Below, one piece after another: positions 49,526 to 58,044 of a stretch of 64,000 nucleotides of DNA (position 1 is the stretch's first letter; each line of letters opens with the position of its first letter). The notes beneath the pieces are model-generated. The model had not been told where the DNA came from. It saw only the letters and a program-made list of their open reading frames with translations, and ran no database searches. The position numbers were made by a program, and so were the translations under genes. Source of the stretch: a virus. The DNA lies in IMG/VR virus record IMGVR_UViG_3300019757_000164, positions 60,855 through 124,854 of that record; one strand, given 5' to 3'.

Positions 49526-49825
49526 ATGAATACAGAAAAAATTATTGAATTTTTAGAGGAGTATGCTATTTTATTAGAAGAGATAGGGAAAGATGACAAA
49601 TCTCAAGAAGTTGAGGAGGTATTAAACAGCCTTGATGAAAGTGGAAATGTGTTATTAACACCATCGGAAGCTATCGAAACATACAGAGATGATTGCAAGC
49701 AAGTACTTACGGAATCAAAAGAGATGGTGAAAACATTCGATGATTATCCAGAAAAAGTGAAAGAAATATGGTTAAACGGAGTAGCATTCGCTTGTTCTTA
49801 CATAGAAGGACGAGAAGATTTTTAA
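49526..49825 (+). CDS. hypothetical acidic protein
   Basis: GAAGGGAGA motif before ATG 49526. Confidence 0.7.
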   Translation: MNTEKIIEFLEEYAILLEEIGKDDKSQEVEEVLNSLDESGNVLLTPSEAIETYRDDCKQVLTESKEMVKTFDDYPEKVKEIWLNGVAFACSYIEGREDF

Positions 49826-49879
49826 GCGATTTGTTTCGCTTACTTCTAAGGGTTTATCTGAGGATGAATCTTTAGGAGT

Positions 49880-49979
49880 GTGGAAATATAGCTTAATCCG
49901 ACGGGATTATTCCGAAGAGTAGGACATCTCACTACTCATTTTTCCACGTTAAATTGAGATGAATATATTAAGGAGATGT
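49880..49979 (+). promoter_or_regulatory. three-way-junction/pseudoknot leader of endonuclease gene
   Basis: GTGGAAA/TTTCCAC stem, TAATCC/GGATTA and GAGTAG/CTACTC hairpins; loop CATCTCA complementary to TGAGATG 49955-49961 and to GAGATGT at the SD. Confidence 0.6.
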
Positions 49980-49983
49980 TAGT

Positions 49984-50982
49984 ATGGGGAAAGTAGACAA
50001 GTACCATTATTACAATGATGAAAATTTAATTGACTTGCTATGGATGTTATTCTATAGGTTGGGTAAAGTTCCGTCAGGAAGGGACTGCAATTTAAAAAAT
50101 GGAACACCAAGCGAGCCTTACTTTAAAAAGAGATTTGGCAAGAGTTTTCCTGATATAATTAAATTATCAGGGCTAGACAAAGAGAAGACGTATTACCAAG
50201 AGATAGATACAAACGATGCCATAGAAGGGCTTAGAAGGTTTAGTTTAAGTTTAGGTAGATTTCCAAATTCAAACGACTTTAAACAACTCAAAAACAAGAA
50301 GCACAGATGTCCATCTAGTGTATATTTTATAGATCACTTTGGAAGTATAGATAACGCTTGTGACTTAACAGGATTAGATTTAAGCAAAAGCACAATGCTT
50401 GATAGATCGAATAAAATATCGAACTCTCTTTCATTTATAAAAGATTTTTTTGAATGTAATGGGAGAATCCCAACAGTTATTGAATATGATAAAAACAGGG
50501 AAAAGGGAAAGACTTACGCATACAGTAAGATAACATATAATACAAACAAGACATATTTAGAAGTTGTTAAGTTAGCAATAGGTAAGACATTTGAAAGAAA
50601 ATCTATAGCTGGGGGAGTATATCTGGATGATTTGGGGAATATATGTAACTCAAACTCGGAACTCACTATATCAAATTTCTTAATATCTAGAAGTGTAGAA
50701 TTTAGAAAAGAAGTTAGATATTCAGATATATTAACCAATAGACCTTTGGATAATAGAAGATGTGATTTTTATATAAATGATAATATAATAGTTGAATATT
50801 TTGGTATGTATAAGGCGATGAGTAACTATAGAATAACCAAAGACTATAACAAAAAGACAAAAAATAAAATAAATGATTTGTACAAGGATGGTCTTATAGA
50901 TAGATGCATATTTATATTCCCTTGGGATTTAAAAAACAGAAAACTAGAGGACGTATTTTCAAAAGTACTAAAGGAGGAATAG
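49984..50982 (+). CDS. homing-endonuclease-associated repeat protein with C-terminal PD-(D/E)xK-type nuclease
   Basis: three repeats LGKVPS/LGRFPN/NGRIPT; SNSE...RCDFYI...VEYFGMY...IFPWDL. Confidence 0.75.
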   Translation: MGKVDKYHYYNDENLIDLLWMLFYRLGKVPSGRDCNLKNGTPSEPYFKKRFGKSFPDIIKLSGLDKEKTYYQEIDTNDAIEGLRRFSLSLGRFPNSNDFKQLKNKKHRCPSSVYFIDHFGSIDNACDLTGLDLSKSTMLDRSNKISNSLSFIKDFFECNGRIPTVIEYDKNREKGKTYAYSKITYNTNKTYLEVVKLAIGKTFERKSIAGGVYLDDLGNICNSNSELTISNFLISRSVEFRKEVRYSDILTNRPLDNRRCDFYINDNIIVEYFGMYKAMSNYRITKDYNKKTKNKINDLYKDGLIDRCIFIFPWDLKNRKLEDVFSKVLKEE

Positions 50983-50983
50983 A

Positions 50984-51433
50984 ATGGGAAAATTTAAAAG
51001 AAAGAAAGTGAATTGTACTTTACATGAGGTAGATATTTATAATCTATCTCCAAATGAGTCAAAGGAGCTTAGGGAGTATTTGAGTAAGTTAAATGCTGAA
51101 CTGGTGGAAAGACTAGGACAAGAAGCTAAGAAGTGTATTGATGACGGAATTGAGTTGACAGACGATGTTCTTAGATATGCAAAGATGGATGCATTAGCAA
51201 CACAAGTCGAGAAATTGGAATCTAAGAAGAAAGAGTGGATTCTAAAGTTTACAAGTATCGATGAAATTGATGATGAAGATATCGCGGATCCAAATGATGA
51301 ACTAAAAGAAATAATTAGAAAAATTAATGAGGTTTGTATTAAGCCTGAGGTAGAAGCATTACAACCTGTATTTGACAGTATGTATGAGCAATTCACGAAG
51401 GAATTTAATAAAAAGTATGAAGTAGGTGTGTAG
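50984..51433 (+). CDS. putative tail assembly chaperone
   Basis: acidic helical 149 aa, two genes upstream of tape measure. Confidence 0.55.
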   Translation: MGKFKRKKVNCTLHEVDIYNLSPNESKELREYLSKLNAELVERLGQEAKKCIDDGIELTDDVLRYAKMDALATQVEKLESKKKEWILKFTSIDEIDDEDIADPNDELKEIIRKINEVCIKPEVEALQPVFDSMYEQFTKEFNKKYEVGV

Positions 51434-51434
51434 T

Positions 51435-51881
51435 ATGCCTACTTTTTCTAATATAGATGAATTATCTGCATATATAAAAGATACGGTTAAGAGTATAAAT
51501 AAAGAGAAAACTTCTGTAGAGTTAAAGAAAAAATACATGAAAGCAATAGATGATACAGTTTATAGAGTTCCTACCCAGTGGCAAACGGGTAGTTTTTTAA
51601 ATTCAGTAAACACCTCATCTAGAACGACGAAATATACATCTAGTGTAAAAGTTTTTATTGATGAAAAACTTATGACTTCTAGTTATCCATCTTTGGTAGA
51701 GGGGTATCCAGAAGATAATAGGAGTTCTATAGCATGGTGGATTGAAAACCCACATGGAGGTATATTCAACGTTCCCGGAAGAGGTTATTTTAAACTATTG
51801 ATGACGGAATACTTTTCACAGTCTAAATATAAGCAATTCATGATAAAAGAGTTAAGTAAACTTGGTATAAAAGCAAGGTAG
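51435..51881 (+). CDS. tail component (HK97 gp10-like)
   Basis: VYR.....TG.F.NS...WIE...GG....PGRGYF pattern; directly before tape measure. Confidence 0.55.
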   Translation: MPTFSNIDELSAYIKDTVKSINKEKTSVELKKKYMKAIDDTVYRVPTQWQTGSFLNSVNTSSRTTKYTSSVKVFIDEKLMTSSYPSLVEGYPEDNRSSIAWWIENPHGGIFNVPGRGYFKLLMTEYFSQSKYKQFMIKELSKLGIKAR

Positions 51882-51891
51882 GTGATGATAC

Positions 51892-54800
51892 GTGCCAGAT
51901 AATAGACTTACACTCGATGTATTTATAGATACTTCGAAAATAGATAAACAGCTACAGAGTGTAGTTAAGAAATCAAAAAAAGTTAAGTTGAATGTTGAGT
52001 CAAAAGGGTTAGATAACGCAAATAGTTCGTTAAAAACAATGGCTCAACACTTAATTGAAATTCCAAAAAAGATGGTTGGATGGATGCTTGCTGGAAATAT
52101 TATTTCAGCTTTCTTTAGTCAGATTAATTCAGGAATAGACACTATATTTGCATTAGACTCAGCGATGACCAACATAAACATGACTATGGAATTAACAAAT
52201 GATCAGCAACAAGAGATGGTCGAAGGTGCATTTGATACCGCACAGGCGTACAATTCAACAGCAGAAAGTGTACTACGTGTAACTCAGATTTTCTCGAATC
52301 TTTCAGAGACGGTTGATACACTTAATTCAAAAGTAGAAACAACAATAGCATTGGCTAACATTACACAGTCGAGTGCAGGAGATATGGCAGATGCAGTCCA
52401 AGGAATGGGTTAATGAATAGCCCCTTTATATAGCGATATATAAAAGAAAATCCGTTAAATTGCGGGAAAACCTTAATAGCTTAAAAGTACTAACCTATCA
52501 TGGCGACATAGACAGGGGCTGAATTAATTACTCAGGTATAGTAAAAAGTTTTTAAGATTAGGCAATCCGCAGGCAAGTCTCTCTTTGAGAGGAAGCTTCA
52601 ACGACTATAATACGGGTATCTTATTGAGATAATGGTATAGTCTACTCCCCTAATAAATATCGGGAAACCGAGGGTATTTCAAAGGTTCCAATTTGACATA
52701 GCATCCGAGAACATAGGTCATGTAAGTGATGTAATGGTAAGCATAGCAAGGACAACTGGTGTTGACCTGAGTAAATCGATACAATCAGTATCACAAGCAG
52801 TAAGTACAGCGGGTTAACAGTAGCCCCGATTAATAGTAATATTAATATGAAAATCATGTGAACTCATAAATATGAGGTGTATATTGTACATTTAGGATTC
52901 ATAGGAAATGATGAATAGACAATATGCTAACAGGGGAAGTCTCAGCGTGTAATGGCGGTGACAATCCTGTGCCAAGTTTAGAGTAAAAACTCTTTGAAGG
53001 TGCAACGACTAAAAGAACAACAGTTCAAGAGGTTTTAGGTGAAACTCCTAATTCCGTAGCGCATGGCAACCTAACAATAGGTTGAAGATATAGTCTAGTC
53101 CCTATTAAATATCTCGAAAGAGAGGGTATAAAAAACGTCAGTAGCATCGGATTCTGGATTCTCTCTAGAGGCGTTTGCTTCAACTGTACAAACTGTTCAA
53201 GAACAATCAAGACTAGCTGGTAAATTATTGCCCAATTATATAGTGATATATAATTAGAATCCGTTAAACTGCGGGAAACCCTTTAGAGCTTAAAAATACT
53301 AACCTATTATGGCGACATAAATAGGGGCTGAATTAATCACTCAGGTATAGTAAAAAGTTTTTAAGATTAGGCGATCCGCATCGAAACCTCTCATGGAGAG
53401 GGACGTTCAACGACTATAATACGGATATCTCATAGAGATAATGGTATAGTCTATTCCCTTAATAAATATCGGGAAACCGAGGGTGTCGTATATAATATTT
53501 AAATTATACTAAAAGAGTACAATAGCTAGTGGATTAGTAACCGTACTAAGCAGGATGAGTAGAGTCACCAGAGAAGGTGGAGATTCTGTTTCAAAATTAG
53601 ATGAAATGCTAAAACAACAAGGAATCAATCTAAGAGACTCAGATGGTGAATTCCGAAATAGATTTGAAGTGTTGCAAGAAATAGCACAAGCACAAGAAAA
53701 TTGGAGTAGCACAACTAGAGAAGCAATAGCATTTGAATTAGCGGGTTAATTTTGTAGCTCGTATATATGGTAACATATATCAAGAATTCGGTGAACCTAT
53801 AAATATAGGGTGTATATCAATAGATATGCTAACAGAGGAAGTCCAAACGTAAAGACGTGGGTAATTCTGTGCCAAGCTTGGAAAGAAATTTCCTCGAAGG
53901 TGCAACGACTAGAACATACGACCTAAGTTAAACAATATGGTTATGAAGTTCGTACATTTAAGGCGAAACTCCTTATCTGGAAGTGCCGAACATCCTAATA
54001 TTAAGTTAAGGATGAAGATATAGTCTAAACCCTAATTGTAAATAAGTGGAAACACTGGGTATATTTGACAAGACAAAAGAAAGTATTAAACGTCGTATTA
54101 CGGGAGATGGATACGATTTTAGAACGAACTGATGTAGCTATGGATTCTTACGGAACAACGTTGGAAGCTAATGCTATCTTCTCAGAAAGTTTGGCTGGTA
54201 AAACGGCAGATTTTAAAAATTCTATGGAAGAACTCTTCACAACAATAGTTTCAAGCGATGCAATAAAATCACTTGTTGACACAAGTACTGATTTTGCAGA
54301 TACATTGTTAGTAATTGAGGATGACTTTGGATTATTAAATACTGCACTCGCAATCACCATTCCACTATTCATAGCCCTCAAAGGGGAAATGGTTGCAACA
54401 AAAGCAGTGGGTTTAATGAATTTTATATACAAACTTGCAATATCAATAGATGGTCTAGGTGTATCGGCGGGGTTGGCTTCTGTTGGAATAAGCACATTGT
54501 CAGTAGCAATGGGTGGCATAGCAGGTGTTATCGCCGCAGTAGTAGCGGTACAAGCAACACTGTCAAGGCAACACAAAGAGTTAATACAAGACACAAAAAC
54601 TTTCAACAGCGAGTTAGATGAAAGTATAGCCCAATGGGGAAAGTTAAATGATGAGCAAAAAGAGAATATAAAGCTAAATGCAGAGTTAACTCTACAGAAG
54701 CTTATAAATGAATACACAGAAGCAAAAGAGAAGATTGACGAAGTAAATGAAGAAGTTGAACGACTCAGAGAAATAACAAAGCCGGGTAGCGGGGTTGACT

Positions 54801-56797
54801 ATACATCTAGATTAGTTGATAATTTAGAAGATGCTATAGAAAAACAGGCTGATTATAATCTGGTAATAGAGACATATGAAAAGTCTCAAAACTTAGCTAA
54901 TGGGTCTTTGGAAAAGTATCTCGATTCTCAAGAATCTCTAAACCAAAAAGTAGAAGATGGCACAGCATTACAAGCTTATTGGGAAGAAAAATTATATGGT
55001 TCAACAAAGGTAACAGAAGATCAAACTGAGGCTAATGAAAACCTAGAAGAATCAATGTCTAGCGTTGAGGATATAATAAAAGAAATAACTGAAGACTATG
55101 AATTCATGTCTGATGCAGGAAAAGCAGAAGCTAGAGCTAGAATACAGGCTGAAATCAATAAAACAAGAGCTACAAAAGAAGAGGTCTTAAAAAGGATAAC
55201 GGCATATGAGCAAGAATTTGAAGCTTTTAAGGCTAGTATTGTTTTATCAGAGGGTTTCTTATCGCCAGAACAATTCGACACTTTTAAAACCTATCAGAAT
55301 CTAATATCTGGTGCAAGAGACGAAGTTGAAGCACTAACAATTTCTGAGAATAAATATATAAAAGGTTTGGATGATTTAAATAACACATCAGACAAGACAA
55401 CTAAAGTATTGACTGAGCAAGAAAAGAAAATCAAAGCATTAACTGAATCTCTTAATTTATTACAAGCACAAGAAGATTACACTGAAACATTAGATGAGAA
55501 GAATTCATTACGTGAGCAACAAATTGGAATACTTGAAAAATTGCAAGAAGTAGTTGGTGAAGGTACACTAGAATGGTATCAATATGGTAATCAAATTAAA
55601 TCCGTTCAATCTGAGATAGATGGTCAACTCAATCAATCAATCGACGATTCAATCACTCTACTTGAGGAATTCAATGATAAACTTGAAAAGCAAGCTGATT
55701 TACTTGAAAATAGAGTTACTGATGCATTCAATGAACAACTTGAAGCACTAGAAGATGCATACGATAAAGATGCTGAAAAACTTGAAAACTCAATTGATAA
55801 AAAAGAGGAAGAATTAGATTTACTTCAAGAGAAACGTAAAGCTGAAGAAGAAGCAATAAAACAAGCTGAAAAACAAATTGAACTTGAAAAAGCTATGCAG
55901 AAACTTCAGAATATCAGTCAAGAGAAAAATGTAAGAGTATTCCGTGAAGGAGTAGGTTTTGTATTTGAAGCCGACCCAAGAGCACTTAAAGCTCAACAAG
56001 AAGAAATTTCCAGAATTGAAGAAGAAATTCGACAAGATGGAATTGACGCTGAAAAGGACGCCGAAGAGAAGAAATTACAAAATCAGATTGACAAACTAAA
56101 GAAGCAAGAAAATGAACTCAAGAAATCTTATGATAAGCAAGTTGATAAAGTCAAAGATGCAATGAGTGAAATGTCTGATATAACTGATTTAGAATTAGCT
56201 GATCAAAATGGCTACTGGGATGAATGGTTAAATAATAATAGTTCAGTATTGTCATCATTCCAAAATGAAATTGCAAATACAATCAGCAAAATTGAAGAAT
56301 TAAACAATCAACAGATATCAGCCAAAGCTAAGATTGAAGAGAAAAAAGAATCTAAATATAAAGATACAGGTGATCCAGATACAGTATTAGTCAAAAGAAA
56401 AAGTGATGGACAGGTAGCAGAATTACCTAGAAGTACTTATGAACATTTAAAGAATGACCCAGATATAGGTCACGATTATGAACGATTGAATACTGGCGGT
56501 AGAACTCTATCAGATGGACTAGCTATGCTTCATAAAGATGAAGTAGTATCAAATCCAGCACAGGTATCTAGATTGGTTAGCGCAGTAGGATTACCTAATG
56601 GAAGTGCTATGCAGAATGCTAAAACATTACACAGTTTTGCCAATATGCCTAAATTATCAAACATGGGTAGTAATGGCGGAGAAGTAATGAATTTTTATGG
56701 AGACCTGAAGTTTCCAAATGTTAAAAGTGAAAATGACGCTCAGTCATTCATGAGCGAAATACAAAATATGAAACGCTATAACAGAACTAGATCGTAA
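51892..56797 (+). CDS. tail tape measure protein, 5 exons (51892-52410, 52686-52814, 53138-53221, 53516-53746, 54068-56797), 1230 aa when spliced
   Basis: exons of 173, 43, 28, 77 and 909 codons join in frame: QGMG|FQFD...STAG|SVAS...RLAG|STIA...ELAG|TRQK, matching TP901-like tape measure core; TM segment and long coiled coil follow. Confidence 0.92.
52411..52685 (+). mobile_element. group I intron 1 (275 nt, ORF-less, type A with P5 extension)
   Basis: P1 GGGT/GCCC with U-G at splice site; AAATTGCGGGAAA (P), AATCCGCAG (Q), ACGACTA (R), GGTATAGTCT (S); P3 ATCCGT/ACGGGT; terminal G. Confidence 0.92.
52815..53137 (+). mobile_element. group I intron 2 (323 nt, ORF-less, type B, IA-like)
   Basis: P1 GGGT/GCCC; AACAGGGGAA/AATCCTGTGC; ACGACTA; GAAGATATAGTCT; extra helices between P7 and P3; terminal G. 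Confidence 0.92.
53222..53515 (+). mobile_element. group I intron 3 (294 nt, ORF-less, close paralog of intron 1)
   Basis: P1 GGT/GCC; core nearly identical to intron 1; P10 TATT/AGTA; terminal G. Confidence 0.92.
53747..54067 (+). mobile_element. group I intron 4 (321 nt, ORF-less, relative of intron 2)
   Basis: P1 CGGGT/GCTCG; P10 TTTTGT/ACAAGA; GAAGGTGCAACGACTA; GAAGATATAGTCT; terminal G. Confidence 0.92.
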
Positions 56798-56809
56798 GGA
56801 GGTGGGTGT

Positions 56810-58030
56810 ATGGCTGTTTATAATCCAATCCCCATTTCTCCTGTTTCTGGGGAAGGTGTGGATGCAACACAAATAATTAGATTTAATTGGAGTTTTATAT
56901 CTGATTCAAGTGAAACTCAGACATCGTATAGGGTTCAAATTTACCTAATTTCAGATACATCATCAGCAATACATGATAGTGGTGTAATTTCATCACAGAA
57001 CGAGTTCTATGACTTGACGGCTTTGATATTATTAAATGCAAATGATTATGTGTGGAAAGTTACGGTAGTTGGAAATGGTCAAGAAAGAACAAATGTAAGA
57101 TTTGCACTTTTTAAAACTTTGGCTACACCAACTGTAACAATAGATCCGATAGGTGCCGTTAGTCAGTTTAAAAACTTTACAGCTACTTATGTACAAGCAC
57201 AAGGTGTCAAAGTAAAGACATACCAATGGACATTATATAATGATATAGATGAAATATTAGAAGTTAGTCCAATCATATTGAGCGAGACAATTGAATACGA
57301 ATTCTCAGGGTTTGAGAATGGAGTAACATATAAAATAGACGTTCGTGTGGTTAACCAAAATAATGTTACAACAACATCAACACGAGAAAGTTTTACGGCT
57401 AGTTATACATTGCCAGAGGATTCTCCTAGTATAGAAGTGACATCTAGACCTGAGTATACATCAATTGAAGTAGACTACGCAAATATAATTAATTTAATAG
57501 GAGAAGTAATAGGCACATTCTCGTATGTAGATGGCAAATTTAATAAATCGCTCAGGTTAGACGACGCTTGCTTGAATGTAAATTTAATCACTAGACCTAT
57601 TCCACAGAATTTTACAATTACATTTTGGATAAAATTAGATAGTTCTCATGATGGTGATTTCTGGGTTCTAAAAAAGAATAATGAAATAAAATACAGAGTT
57701 GGATATGATTCAACTTTACAGAGATTCTACTATAGAAGAAATGGTAGAGAAGTATATAGTGACCCTATTTATGAACTACCAGATGATTATCTACTGGTAG
57801 GAATTTCTAGCGACACTTTATATATCCGTACTTTTCTACAGGATACGTGGGATGATATAGCAAGTTTAGAACAAGATACTGATTGGTATGAATTAATAGA
57901 TGATCAAGATATATGGTTAAGAGAAACAACTTGGAATGATTCACCAGATTGGTCATGGATAAAATTCGGTGAAGCATACGATACATGGACAGAGTTTATA
58001 GATAACAATTTTAAACTTGTTTTAAGATAA
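56810..58030 (+). CDS. distal tail/baseplate protein with FN3-like and LamG-like regions
   Basis: follows tape measure; FNW...YRVQI...DSG...YVWKV; GKFNKSL...FTITFWIK. Confidence 0.7.
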   Translation: MAVYNPIPISPVSGEGVDATQIIRFNWSFISDSSETQTSYRVQIYLISDTSSAIHDSGVISSQNEFYDLTALILLNANDYVWKVTVVGNGQERTNVRFALFKTLATPTVTIDPIGAVSQFKNFTATYVQAQGVKVKTYQWTLYNDIDEILEVSPIILSETIEYEFSGFENGVTYKIDVRVVNQNNVTTTSTRESFTASYTLPEDSPSIEVTSRPEYTSIEVDYANIINLIGEVIGTFSYVDGKFNKSLRLDDACLNVNLITRPIPQNFTITFWIKLDSSHDGDFWVLKKNNEIKYRVGYDSTLQRFYYRRNGREVYSDPIYELPDDYLLVGISSDTLYIRTFLQDTWDDIASLEQDTDWYELIDDQDIWLRETTWNDSPDWSWIKFGEAYDTWTEFIDNNFKLVLR

Positions 58031-58044
58031 GGAAGGAGGTATTA

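Noticed and set aside
51410-51440. Tail chaperone -1 frameshift between 50984 and 51435
   Set aside because: No clear XXXYYYZ slippery site at the junction; the second gene has its own AGGTG SD and ATG
53555-53749. 64-aa ORF MSRVTREGG and the TTG-started 910-aa ORF at 54065 as independent genes
   Set aside because: Neither has an SD; both are exons of the tape measure gene, and the TTG includes the intron terminal G
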